DNA of 64,000 nt from Felis catus (lineage: Eukaryota): positions 113,710,001-113,774,000 of the forward strand of contig NC_058373.1 of NCBI RefSeq assembly GCF_018350175.1. Direction: 5' to 3'. Positions 1-13,020 of this stretch are shown here, one piece after another. The notes under the pieces are model-generated. The model was not told the DNA's origin, did no database searches, and saw only the letters and a list, made by a program, of their open reading frames with translations. Position numbers and translations under genes: made by a program. How positions within the stretch are numbered: position 1 is the stretch's first letter; every line of letters starts with the position of its first letter.

Positions 1-86
1 CCTAGTTTTGCAATTACTGACCCTTTTATATACCACTGGAAGATAGAATTTGTCAGAACTCTTTTTGACCCAGAACAGATTAGACT

Positions 87-302
87 TTTGTTTTTATTTT
101 TATTTTATTTAAAAAACGTTTATTTACTTTGAGAAAGAGAGAGTGAGCAAGGGAGGGGCAGAGAGTGAGGGAGAGGGAGAATCCCAAGCAGGCTCCACCC
201 TGTCAGCACAGAGCCCTATGTGGGGCTTAATCTCATGAACTGTGAAATCATGAACTGAACTGAAATCAAGAGCCAGACGCTTCATCTGCTGAACCACCCA
301 GG
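87..302 (-). mobile_element. CAN-SINE (SINEC), older feliform copy, head slightly truncated
   Basis: T-rich tail, (GA)n tract, gaatcccaagcaggctcc, ends ...accacccagg (reverse complement of the SINEC head). Confidence 0.9.
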
Positions 303-1269
303 TTAAAGGTTATTTGCCTCCTCAGGTCTATAACAAGAAGTCAGGAAGATAATTATTTATATAATTCCATGTGATGCAAAATTATCATCATCTAGAGTTA
401 GTTAAATAATGGATGTCCCTTGTGCACATATGCAGGCAGACCCACATACCACTTGCAGCCAAAAAGGTAAATCTGTCATTTTAAAGTCCCCCAGAGTAAA
501 GGCTATGTTAGACAGTTACAAAAAAGCCCTTTGGGGAACAAGAGTAGCCATATAATTTTTTTTCAAGTTTTTCTCTGGCAGTTTACCCAGAGAATTGGGG
601 GGTGGGGGTGGGGGTGGTGGGGAGCTCATCTGAACCTGGTGTTACTAATGTTGCAAATTAGGTAAATTTACCATCATGTACCTTGGATTTCAAGCAGAAG
701 TAAGAATTTAGGCTTCCAAAGTTAAATACATCCTAAGTCTGTGGTGGGGATAGGTTTGCTTCCCAGTTGCAATAAGATTTCTGATTCTTTTGGATTCTGA
801 TAATTTAATTTACCTATTTCCTCTCACATAAATAAAACTGCTTGGGAGTTTATATTCATGGATTTCATCCTTTTATCTTTTATTTCCAGGGTCTGACTTT
901 TGTTTTCTTTTTTTTTCCCTCTTATTTTTAAAGATAAAAACTTAAGGTATTTGTTTATTAGGAAGGTTGGCAGGATGTCAGTTTTAAAGTATTCAGAATG
1001 AGCTGTTTTTGCTTTATACACATGCTCAGATACTCTGTAAAAACATGAACTAATACAAGGAAAACATCTCTAAAAAGTGAAGACTTACTTTCTCACCAAC
1101 TTACAGATTCTGAGTTATATTCTTGGGTGGGATATGTAAGGAAGAAAATATAACATTAACCTCCCCTTGTTGAGTACTAATATACAAGGAAATCTTACCT
1201 TGTTACTATTTTACAACTCCCAACACCTCAGAAGGTGGATTCCAGTTGCCATTTAAAAAATTAACTCTA

Positions 1270-1491
1270 GGGGCGCCTGGGTGGCGCAGTCGGTTAAGCG
1301 TCCGACTTCAGCCAGGTCACGATCTCGCGGTCCGGGAGTTCGAGCCCCGCATCAGGCTCTGGGCTGATGGCTCAGAGCCTGGAGCCTGTTTCCGATTCTG
1401 TGTCTCCCTCTCTCTCTGCCCCTCGCCCGTTCATGCTCTGTCTCTCTCTGTCCCAAAAATAAATAAACGTTGAAAAAAAAATTTAAAAAAT
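1270..1491 (+). mobile_element. Young feline SINEC, full length
   Basis: ggggcgcctgggtggcgcagtcggttaagcgtccg head, CT tract, A tail; perfect 15-bp TSD aaaaaattaactcta at 1255-1269 and 1492-1506. Confidence 0.97.
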
Positions 1492-4400
1492 AAAAAATTA
1501 ACTCTATTTCTAAAGGAAAAAGTACTTCTAGAGTTGGATAGGAAAGAACAATCAGAGCAGCTTCCTTATCTCCCCCACTTCCTTTTGCTTGACTGTATTA
1601 GGAATGGTTGGGGCAGCAAGAGCTGTCACTGATATTGTGGACACTGAGAGGACCATGTCTTCCTCTGGGAGAATGGAAAATACTATACCCTGATGAGAGG
1701 CCCCAGGGTATAATGGATATGCTCAGAGAGATTAAATGAATTTGAAAGCGAGAGTTAGAAAAAATGTGGTATTTTATGTTCATGATCTCATCCCTCTGGG
1801 AGAGCTGTGCCTCATTTTGGAGTATAAAAAGGTGGGCACAGTCGTCAGAGGTCTATTATTATTATTACCTTCTTGTTATTGACCTTGATACCAACTTATT
1901 AATGATATAGACTAAGATTTATAACAATACCACATTCAGGTATCTTTGCAAAACAAAAAAAAATATCAGGATTAGTTAAAGCTGGAAATTACAAGTGACA
2001 TAGGATTCTTTCCTAGAAGATGGTAATGATTAAAGACTGGTTATATGGTAGATTTCAAACCCTAAGGATTAAGATTGTGGTCAATGGAACAAACACAGAT
2101 TATGTCAAGATGTAGAAATTTTGCTAAGATTGTTTATATACTCTGTTATTTTCTCCTTTTTTTGCTCTGTGTGATTTCATGTCACATTTTAAATCTCTAA
2201 ATGATGCTCTGTTGTCATATAGTATGTTAGTAAGTATATGGTATTTGAAATGTGTGGCTATTGTAAATCAAACTTCTAGAGAAAAAAAAGTAAACTGTTG
2301 CCGTCATTATATACACAATAGTTGAAAATATATAAATTATGTGGGTTACAGACATGAGAGCCTTTAGAGAGAAGATTCAATTGAAACCATTGTACCCCAG
2401 TCCTTAATAACTTAAATGCAAATTCTGGCACATATCCAGAAACTAAGGTTCAATTAAGTGCAATTGTTTCATCTTACAAAATAATTTCCCCACCAAGAAA
2501 TCTTGGCAGCCATATCGATGACTTCTCATGAGAGAGGCAGATGGGACTATAAAGGATCCTGAGATCTATTTTTTAAAAATACTTTCTAATTCCTCATTTT
2601 TTTTTTCATGTCGGGAGAAACCAGGCCTAGAAACCAAGCACCCTAAATTTTCCTCTGGTTTTCCAATCGTGAGTCTACTTACTCTAGTTGTCTCTTACCT
2701 GCTCTGATGTTATAATTTGTAGTGATGGCATAAGTGGATACAATAGAAGTAGAAATTGGATATGATCTAGATGACAGTTTATGGGCTTAGTTTCAAAGAC
2801 CATTTTTACCTGGAAAATAAATAAGAAAGGTTAACAGACATTTTCCAACGATCGGTGGTTTATCTGTTCCTTGTGTTCCACCTTGACCTAGCATTAGTCT
2901 CTCAGGAACCTCTAAAACCTTTCTTGCCTCTGTCAGAATTCATTTTTTCCCCCTGAAGAGATCAAAGCTTTTATGGGCATTATTTATTGTAGCCCCACAA
3001 TATTCTAGGAAGCGAAGCAGAGGTTATGTGGCTCAATCTTTATTTTTAAAGCCAAGTGAGGAACAGATAAATCTCTTCAGTAACCTTACAAAATCAGGCC
3101 CTGGTAGAGGCAGAAATAGTCTCGTTAGTCAGAAACATCTAATTCTGGCCCTCTGACTAAGATACCATAGATTGTTTGGCCTTTCTCTAAACAGGCCTGT
3201 GACACTTAGAGTGTGTGGAAAGTATGTGCTTCCGTCAAAGAGTTTTGCTGTGTAGTTATTCTTTGCCTGTTAAAGTAATAACTTGAGAACTGAAGAAAAT
3301 AGAAAGAACAACCAAGCCTTATTCCAGCTTGTGCACTTAGTAAATGGGCGCTTCAGACAGAGAATACTTTTATTTCCTTGGGAGTACTTCTCTGTTGCTA
3401 TACTCCACTTAGGAAGAGTTTTTCTTCAGGGCATGGCTGATCTTGAGAAATTTGGGGGGAGGGTTTGTTTGTTTTTTCATTAAAGCTTTATATGTGAAAA
3501 TTAGACTTATGAGATAATGTATATTACAATATTAGACCACACTGAAATAACTAGGGAGAGACTGAAAAATTCTACATTTTAAAATGTAGATTTGGTGCCT
3601 TTTTTTCCTTTTTTCTTTTTTACCTGAAAGTCATGGCAAAAATGACTTATATTTTAAAATTGCCTGATTCAGCAGTACATATTGCTGTTCATTAAAGTTC
3701 TTAAGAAAACTAAATTGTTTGCTTTATAACAAATATTCTGTTAAAATAATTTTTCAACTCTATTTTCTTTAGAATATTTATCACTTAGTGGTTTTCAGTT
3801 TATGATTTTAATTGTTTTACTCCTGTTTTAGTTTTGTTTTTTTGTTTTTTTTTGTTTTGTTTTTTGAGTATCCATAATGTTGTTTTGGAATTTTTAACAC
3901 AAGACAGGAGTTGTTTTTCTACTTTCCTTTTCTGTAAGGGCTGCTTCTCAAATTAACCTGCATGCCCAAACCTGTGTTATAATTCAGAAGGAGCAGTGGA
4001 ATCTATTGCATACGATCTTTTGTAAAGCCAGGCCAGCACCACTGTCCTCCTGATCTCTTAAACATTGCAATTTTTGTAAACTTTTCCATGTGCTTCCAGC
4101 ATCTCCAATTTGTGAACGAATCTCACTATATTTATCCCTGTTGTATACGTCCACATGTTTGTTTTGCAGCATAATAAGACTTGACAGTTATAAATTTTTC
4201 CATATGCTCCATCTTGTAGAGATAAACAACGTGTGTGCTGTACATTTCCCTCAGCTTTGAAGGCTTACTTTTGAAAGAAACAATTCCATAGGATATTATA
4301 GTCGGTTTTGGAAAGTCATTCACACAAGCATGTCCTCCATGAAAGGGAAGGTAGCTGAATTTTCACCCTTTTAATATTAGCTGGTTAATTGAACTTTTTT

Positions 4401-4939
4401 CTAAGGGACTGAGAGCAACTTAACTGCTTTTAGTTTTTCAAAGATTTACCAAAACAATGCAGACCTGTTTTTGAAAGTCTTTAAAAGTACTAGTTAACAT
4501 CATAAATGACCATTTTGTGGAGTAAGTTCTCTCATTCCCTGAGCAGTTTATTTTGGCTAGAGGGATTAATGAAATAGCTTTGGATTTCCTAATAATTTCC
4601 TCTTTTATTATTTACAAATTAAAAAGTTGACATTATCATGTAATGATATGTAAAGTATTCATATTTGGTGGTTGTCTATAGAAAGAATATTTATGATTCA
4701 TTCATAAGCAGTTATTTATTTTATTTTTGGTTCGCCTAGGAAATCAAGTCTTTCTGACCAGTTTTATTTGCGAAAGTTGACGCAAATATCTTTATTCTTA
4801 GCTTGATGTCCTTTTTTACCCAAATAAATATCTGTTGCCTCCATTTCTTTCCCCCAAGAGGCAAAGGTGCTTTTATCAATTGCTTTTCTAAACGCTTTGG
4901 GGCCTAACTATTTCATAAGTTTTCTTTATTCTTTTCCTT

Positions 4940-4951
4940 TTTAACTTTATT

Positions 4952-4998
<47 letters not shown>

Positions 4999-5146
4999 AG
5001 CGCATGAGGAGAGGAGGGGCAGAGAGAGAGAATTCCAGGTAGTCTGTGCACTATCATGCGGGGCTTGAAATTATGAACCATGAGATCATGACCTGAGCCA
5101 AAATCAAGAGTTGAATGCTTAACCAATGGAGCCACCTAGGCGGCCC
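4940..5146 (-). mobile_element. SINEC with expanded (GA)n
   Basis: gagatcatgacctgagcc...gagccacctaggcggccc. Confidence 0.9.
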
Positions 5147-5147
5147 T

Positions 5148-5322
5148 CTTTTTTTTTTTTTTTAATGTTGTGTTTATTTTTGAGAGAGCGAGAAATAGAG
5201 ACAGAGTGTGAGTCAGGAAGGGGCAGAGACAGGTAGACACAGAACCCAAAGCAGGCTCCAGGCTCTGAGATGTCAGACAGCCCGACGTGGGGCTTGAACT
5301 CACGAACCATGAGATCCAGACC
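5148..5322 (-). mobile_element. SINEC, 5'-truncated, tandem with the previous copy
   Basis: poly-T tail, gcaggctccaggctctgag, ggggcttgaactcacgaacc. Confidence 0.88.
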
Positions 5323-5516
5323 TTTTCTATTGTTAACTGCAAACTTGGTTACATAAAAAATTCTGACTGTAATATTTGTAGGTTTATTTTTATTGTTGTT
5401 GTCTCTAATACACAAGGTTTACCATATTTTCTAAGAAGTTTTTAACTTAGAAAACTCAATATTTGTAGTAAATCTGGTGGTATTAGCAACAATGTGTAGG
5501 ACGAGGTTCTTGGTGA

Positions 5517-6140
5517 GTGATGTGCTAGATCCAGCCCCTGCAACCTCCCAAGAGCCAATTATTACATTTTCAGAAATTTTGTCAGCTGGTTATCATTACA
5601 AATTAAATGATATAAACTTATAATTAAATAAATGATATTGAAAAAAATGCCCCCAAAAGAAAAAAAAATGCTCAAAACTTATTACCTCATAATTATTTTT
5701 ACTACATTTTACTATTATTTATATTCTTGAAATTGTGTCTCTTGCATCTGTATTGAAAATACTATGTAGTGGTGTGATATTACCGCACATCTCTTCCAAC
5801 TCCATGTTTACTGAGGTCCTATGGGCAACTTGAAATCAGCCACAGTAGACTGTGGAAATCAGCAAACCCAAATCAGGACTTGATTTGTTGTTTTGTTAAT
5901 TGTCTAGACTTAAGAAAGTGATGGAGAAAATTTTAGTAATCCAGATTAACCTTGAAGTGTGTCAACTCGACCGCCATTAGTATTATGCATGGCATAGAAA
6001 ACTTGAGAAAATACTCTTCCAATATTTGAAACTGTTATCCAGTTCAGCAAAGAAGTGGTTTGCATCATGGACAGATGAATGAGTGAAGTTCTGACATGTC
6101 TGTGTTCACTTTCTTTTTACTCATTAACTTGAATAGAACC
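5517..6140 (+). mobile_element. MER63-like hAT DNA transposon fossil
   Basis: Matches recalled MER63 consensus blocks: tgtgctaga..agagccaatt..ttttcagaaattttg, catctcttccaactcc, tgtctagacttaagaaagtgatggagaaaa. Confidence 0.7.
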
Positions 6141-6784
6141 ACCAACTAGCTACAGCACAATTGTAAGAATGATAAATTACTCTGAGTATACCAGACATCA
6201 GATGCGAAATACATCAGTAATCCTTTTATAGTTCTCTTTTGAAAACCACGCTACTCGCAAACACGCTCCCTCTTTTCCAACTCATATATGACTTCAGACT
6301 TCCTGTCTTAGCTCTAAAGGTTGTTGTTAAAGGGTATGACAAATTCGTTTGCAAAGTGTTCAGTCATCCACATCCATCTCTTTGACCACAAATTACCTTA
6401 GGATGGTGTTACAAAATGTTTGTGGGAAAAGAGGAAACATCATAATACTGGATTTATGAAATCATAGCTTTCCTTCCTTGGAGGCATAATTCTATTATTT
6501 AGCCCACTTTTGGGAGGTAATTTAGATTGGTTAATTTACATATCTAAGGGGAAAATGGCTTTATTCCATGGAATTGTTTTCCCTAGCCTTTAGGATAGCA
6601 TAGGTATACAATATACACAAGTAAGTGTGGGTGAGGCTCTCATTTGGTTAAAGTGTGGTTTCTAAGCCCTGAGTGACCAGAAGGTTTTGAAATACATTCG
6701 GGATTCTGTCACACACATGCTCCTTATAGTGGGATAATCGGGTCAAGCCCCTACCTTCAGAAACTTTGTAACTGTGTTCATTGA

Positions 6785-7052
6785 TGTTTTCCAAACTTCA
6801 GTCAGTTGAGTATCACCCTCATCATTTTTGTCATATCCATGTACCTCTTGTACCTTAATTTACTTAGTAATTTTTTAGAGTGACTTTTTCTTTTAAACTT
6901 AGCTTTATCTTAAGTGATAATACCCATGAAGTCTTGAGTTTAAGGTAACAGTAATTTTTTTCTTTGATGCTTATGAAAATATTGCCTACAAATTACAACT
7001 TTTAAAATTTTGCCCTTGTAATACCAATGGTATGTGTACACTTTGGGAAATA
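6785..7052. mobile_element. hAT-Charlie-type MITE
   Basis: TIR-like ends tgttttccaaacttcagtca ... cactttgggaaata. Confidence 0.55.
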
Positions 7053-7089
7053 TGTTAGTAATGGTAATAGGTAGGCATTAGGCTAAATA

Positions 7090-7215
7090 GTTTTATTTAT
7101 TTCTCATGTCAGTTTTATGAAGTAGGCATTGCTATCTTCGTTTAATAAATGAGGAAACTGAGAAATTAGGAAGTAACTTGCCCAGGGTCATGGGCAAGCC
7201 AGAATTTACCTGACC
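7090..7215 (-). mobile_element. MIR core
   Basis: aaatgaggaaactgag...aagtaacttgcccagggtca. Confidence 0.8.
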
Positions 7216-7231
7216 AAGATCCATACTAACC

Positions 7232-7395
7232 TTTGCTACTCACAGCGTGGTTTGTGGACCAGCAGTATTAGCATCACCTGGGAGCTTGTTGGAACTGCAA
7301 AAGCTCTGGCCCTACTTTAGACCTAAGTAATCAAACTCTGCATTTTAACAAGTTCCAGGTGATTCTCATGCACCTTAAGGTTTGAGAAGTCTTGA
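7232..7395. mobile_element. MER5A (hAT-Charlie MITE), apparently nested in the MIR
   Basis: gcatcacctgggagcttgtt...ctctgcattttaacaag..caggtgattctcatgcac..tttgagaag. Confidence 0.85.
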
Positions 7396-7502
7396 CCTAG
7401 ACTCCAGAGCATTCTGCCTCTCAGAGCTGGATGACTCAGTCATTGATTTGGCTGGTCTCCTTTTCTCTCTGCAGCGTTATTTTCTTCATGTCCTCCTGCT
7501 GC

Positions 7503-7728
7503 TTTTTTTTTTTTTTTAATTTTTTTTAACGTTATTCATTTTTTTTTTGAGAGACAGAGCATGAGTGGGGGAGGGGCACAGAGAGAAAGGGAGACACAGA
7601 ATCCAAAGCAGGCTCCAGGCTCCCAGCCGTCAGCACAGAACCTGATGTGGGGATCGAACTCACAGACCGTGAGATCATGACCTGAGCCGAAGTCAGACGC
7701 TTAACCGACTGCGCCACCCAGCCGCCCC
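7503..7728 (-). mobile_element. SINEC
   Basis: poly-T tail, gagatcatgacctgagccgaagtc, ends gccgcccc. Confidence 0.93.
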
Positions 7729-10700
7729 AAGGTACAGCTATTTTTAAGAAACATGGTATTGATGGGAAGGCAGGAGATAATATTCTCCATCATTTTGATT
7801 ATTTTCTCTCCTAAAGCCAGCTTTTGTCCACTTTCCTTCTTTCTTTAATTGGGGTAACAAGACTTGGCTGAAATACCAACATTTTCACTCTTGTTTCCTT
7901 CCCTGGCCAAGTTCTTGCCCTTTGGAATGATCTGGTGGCCTGTTTGCCACCTACCATAAACTTACGTAGGCCCTCAGAACGGTCTGCAGAGCTACAACTA
8001 ATTTTCAATTATTTTTGAATGGTTTTAATAGTATGTATACCATCCTGACTCTTGGCTTCTTTCCTTCTCCCTCTGGCTCTCTGCTACTCAGCTCTTTATT
8101 GCTTCCTTTTCTCTGCACTACCGTGCGCCTACCCCCGCATCGGTGAGGCCTGTTTCCATTCTGCCATGTGTCTTGCTCTCACAGTTCTAAGTTTGACACA
8201 AGCAACAGCTCAGGAGACATCATAAAGACAATCTTCTGGAAATGGTCAAAGTGTTGGGAATTTGTTGGTTAAATCTGGGAGTATCAGGAATTGCTGTGAC
8301 TGGTCAGTATGGCTGGCTATAAATTCTGAAGTATTCCAATGCATCATGAGCATTTCATCAGCATATTGTTTTTGTGGTTTCTTCATAGAATTTCTCTGTG
8401 AATACTATGCCTGGAGGAGTCTGCAGGATTTCTAGACACCACACCCAGGTTGTATAGTCACAGGCCCTCTTTCTGGTATTTATGTAGTTGTTTATTCGAT
8501 CTCCAAGATGACTAGTTATTTGAGATGAGTAGAAGTTGGGCCTACTTATAACAATAGAGCTTGCCTTCTTGCTCACTGATGGCCAGATACACAGGCCATA
8601 ATAGTATTTCATTTTCTTGACTTTGAATAGTGCTAAAGGGGAGTTGACTCATTAGAATTACAAAAGGTCCTGGAAGAAAACGATATTATTCATTACATTT
8701 TGTAAAGTGAAAAACAAAGAGGAATAGTTGTTTCTTACCATCGTAATTTCAGACTCTGAAAGATTTGTTTAGAGTCTTTCAGCCAACTGTAGACACACCT
8801 GTCCCAACCCAGATTTTTTTAATGGTCTCCAGCTTTCAAATAATTTAGAATTGAGGTCCTCCCTCCCCCGCTCCTTTCTGCCACATTTTTTTGTACACAC
8901 CCTTCTTCCCTCCCCTTTGCCATACTTTTGTTTCCTTGAGAAAAGGAGAGTCCCTCTTAGAGTATAGAATAAACATTTCTTTGTGATGTGTGACTTATTT
9001 ATGCTTTAGGGGTTGTCAGTGTATACACAACAGAGAAGGTGATGGGAGCCCCTGGGCATGCCAAGTCAGCATTTTGTGCGTGTTAAGGCCAAAGAGCACG
9101 TTAAGCAGGCTGAAAAAATTTTAACAAGTCAGAACATTTTACAATTTCCATATTTATCAAACATGTCAGGGGATGGGATCACAAAGCCTTCCAGGGATTA
9201 ACTGCCTCTAGGACTTCAACTGTTTTATTAAGATGGAGGAAGCCAAGTTCTCAACACCCCATGATTTGCTGTAATAACCACAAGAGTTAGAATGTAGGTG
9301 ATCCTTGTTGAGTGAAAGGTAATCCCAAGGCTAAAATGCTCCTTGAATGAAAAAAAAAAAAAAATCAACAGATGAACTGTGTGAGAATTTACCTGCTAGA
9401 GCTTTGGAGTTTTAAGTTTATTTACCTAGAGCTTCAGTCTTATTAGTTCTTTGGTTGGTGGTTCTTGACCTTTGACACTTAAGAGCTTAGACTATGAAGT
9501 CTAAGTAGAGGATGTTCAGAAACATGCATTCTCAAAGAGTGGCAGCCATTGGCTTTTGGGGGCTTGGCAAAGCATCCTGGAGTTACTATTTGTTTTCAAA
9601 TTTTTGGGGTTTGGCAGGTCTAAGATGCATTTTGCCAAGCACTTTCCTTTGAATTTTAGTACAGGAATATTTTGGGTGGAATTTAATTGTGTTATTGGTG
9701 ATTCATTTGAATTATACCGATCAGAATGCTGTTTTGGAAAAGATATTTGATGACTGAGGAATATTAGGAACTTTACAAACAGTTTTCTGGTACCAGCTTT
9801 TTCTTAGATGGGGATAAAAATGGAATTCAAGCCCCAAATATTTTCAGTGAGATTTGGAACTTGGAATTTTTAAGTGGTAGTTTCCAATTCTGTCTGTATC
9901 ACTTTTTCCACAAAAGCAAACCAGACCCTACTTCTCTGGCTTGATATGCAAATCTTTAGAAAAGTTGCAGAGCTGATCTGCAACCTTGGGCCAACAGTTA
10001 ATTTGAAAATTAATGTTAGAAAAAAGGTTTTCAACAAGTAAGTAGAGAGAACAACCCTCTTCTGGAGAAATAAGTTGGAATTAAAAAAAAAAAATACAAA
10101 AAACAGCCCAAGGAGGCATAGGGCAGATTTTTGGTTCCAAAGACAAATTACCAGCCATGGCAAAACCCCAGAGACGACTTATGTTATATAAGGTGCCATG
10201 AGGTAGCTTTTCCATTACAGTCTGTAGAAAAGGTTGTAAAAGAAGGAAGCATGCTGAGACTTTACAAATGAGGACTAAGCTATAATTTTTTTACAGAACA
10301 GGGAAAGGATATGGCTAAATATTGCCCTGAACTTCTTATTGCTCATAGGGTTGCAACAAAGCATGAAGATAAAAGCAGGTTTCTTCTTGTCTACTGTCAG
10401 CTTCTTATCTTTTGTAATTGGCCTGGAGAAAGCAGTGAATGAGCACTTGAATGACTTCTCACTGTCTCCTTGAGAAAACAACAGTGAAATAAGCATTCAG
10501 CAGAAGGAAAACACATTTTAAACAAACTGACATGGATGTCTTCACGTTCAAATTATTTTGAAACCAACTGGTAGGAACTGCTGGGAAATTCTAATCCTGA
10601 ATTCTGCAAACCAGTGTGAAGACAGAGTAATGTAGTAGACTCTTCTTCACTTCAAATGGTGGGCCCAGGAGGTTTTAAGCATATCATTGGGCTAGTGTTG

Positions 10701-11719
10701 GTGGTTTTCTTTATTCCCTTAATCCTCATGTTATTTAAACCGTTTAAAATGCTAAAGAAGCATGAAGAGCTGTTCTGAGTCCTGGCACTGGTTAAGCTGG
10801 TGAGAGTATTAGGTGACCTATAGAGATCCACACTAGTGTAGGTCTAAAGTGTTTTATTTAGGCCAATTTCCATGTATTTCTTAAAGTAATTCTAAGTGTT
10901 TCTTTCAGAGTAAGAAAAAAAGTCATGTTTATCTTCTTAAACCTTGGTCCTGGTTATCTTAAAACAGACAACTTCGTTAGCATAACCTTTTTTTTCCCTT
11001 TTCTGTTTCTCTGTCCTTCTTCTTTGCTTTGTCCCTCCCTCCTTCCCTTTCTTACTGGTAATAAACTAATTAGTGAGTGCTTATCAATGACCACTAGGAA
11101 CATTGTGACATTTTACTTTTTGCCACTGTAGTCTGTTCCAGCAGGCATGATTTGTGTGAAGTTAATAGGAAAGGATGGATCTCATGAATCTGATAGTATT
11201 ACTTTTAAGAAAATTGAAGTGATTTATTGGATTGTTGAGGGTATACTTTAGGTTTGGATAATAGCAAATATAGGTAAACATTTTGAGGGAAGCTCTTGTT
11301 TCATACTTTTTATCTCCCATAGTGCTTTTACACAGTAGAGGCTGAGTGAAAAATTGTCACCGATTCTAATTCAGCTAATTTTTGTATATGAGGGATGATA
11401 TTTAATTCTGTACTTTAATATGTAATCCAGGAATGGTGAACAACATTTTGTGCCCAAAATCCATTTGTCTTACAGTAAACAAAAACCAATGAGGATAGTT
11501 TAGTTTAGTTTTTATTAAGTTTTTTTTTTTTTTTTTTTTTTTTTGAGAAGCATAAAATGTTCAGCATTTGAAATTAACATCAAGGAGCAAAGTATTTTCA
11601 TGAGTACGTTTGTGAAACAATTGTAAAAAACAATTAGATCTTTGTTTATTACTGTCCTCTAGTAGGTATTAGTGACAGGGGACAAGCCAGGGTGTAATAT
11701 GGGATAGGAGAAAAGAGAG

Positions 11720-12080
11720 GGTCTTAGCTCAGTGTGCCATAACAAAATACTGTAGACTGGCTGGATCAAACAACAGATATTTATTTCTCATGTTTCTGGA
11801 GGCTGGGACATCTAAGACCAAGGTACCTACAGATTCAGTTTTTGGTGAGGGCTCTTTTCCTGTCTTATAGATATGCTGTTCATGGTCTGTGTTCACATTG
11901 CATGGAGAAAGCAAGATCTCTGTGTTCCTCTTGTTATAAGGGCACTAATCCCATCATGAGGATCCCACCTTTGTGACCTAATCCATGAATAATTACCTCC
12001 CAAAGGTCCCACTTCCCTATACAATCACAGTGGGGGTTAGGGCTATATGACTTTTCGGGGGGTACATTCAGCCCATAATA
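11720..12080 (-). mobile_element. MLT1A-type MaLR LTR
   Basis: gccataacaaaatac..atttatttctca..ttctggaggctggga..tataagggcactaatcccatcatgag..acattcagcccataa. Confidence 0.88.
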
Positions 12081-12544
12081 GCAAGATAGGCAAGCCCTCA
12101 TGGATGAGGATTAAACTGCTTTAAAAGAAAAGTCTAATAGATTTAAGGGCTTGGAATTATTAGTGTTTAGAAGTATAAATATTTTAATTCTTTCTTCAAT
12201 TCTGGACACAGAGGCTTTCCTCAACACTTCTCAGTTTCCACCACCACCCCTTTCCCCCTTAGATTTAACAGCAGCATCACCAGAAACCCTGGCTTTCTCC
12301 TATGGAAATAGTAGAACATGGTATCTCATTGTAGAGAAAAAGGCTCTGTGGAATAGCTTGCTGATCTTGTAGCCTTTGGAAACATTGCTTCTAAAAAACT
12401 TTAGAGCCATCTACAAACTTTGTGCTTTTCAGTTATTAATAATTGATATTTCTCTACAAATCAGATAGAATTATGTTATGGTCCAGTTTAAGCTCATTGG
12501 ATGAAAGATCTTCCATTCTAGTATAGTGTTTATAATCTGTTGTT

Positions 12545-12750
12545 TTTATTTGTTTTTATTTTTTTAATGTTTATTTTTATTTTTGAGAGAGTGCAAGCGG
12601 GGCGAGGGGCAGAGAGAAGGGGACAGAGGATCTGAAGCGGGCTTTGCACTGACAGCAGAGAGCCTGGTATGGGGCTTGAACTCACCACTGCGAGATCATG
12701 ACCTGAGCTGAAGTTGGATGCTCAACTGACTGAGCCACCCCTGGTGCCCC
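12545..12750 (-). mobile_element. SINEC
   Basis: gagatcatgacctgagctgaagt...gagccacccctggtgcccc. Confidence 0.9.
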
Positions 12751-12884
12751 AATATGTGTCGTTTTTAAAAAGTTAAAATAGGATAAGGGAATTCTTCAGG
12801 ATTTAAAAAATTGTAACATTTCCAATGTTTCTACCATATTAAAAAGTCACATCACATCATATGCTCACATGTTTATTATAACCT

Positions 12885-13020
12885 TATTATTATAAGTTAT
12901 TATATAATATATAACATATAATATTATATATAATAAATATATAACATTTATTATATATTATATTTAACAATATATAATATATAATATTATAAGTGTTTTG
13001 TGTGTATGTGTGTGTGTATG
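12885..13020. repeat. AT-rich low-complexity and TG tract (decayed L1 tail)
   Basis: tatataatatataacatata... followed by gtgtgtatgtgtgtg. Confidence 0.8.

Noticed and set aside
1246..1473. ORF MPFKKLTLGAPGWRSRLSVRLQPGHD... and the many MAQSVKR/SLSLSL/ERERER ORFs
   Set aside because: Translations of SINEC copies and microsatellites, not genes.
7431..7443. AP-1 palindrome atgactcagtcat and other scattered TGA(C/G)TCA sites
   Set aside because: The number of such 7-mers is about what 64 kb gives by chance; no clustering.
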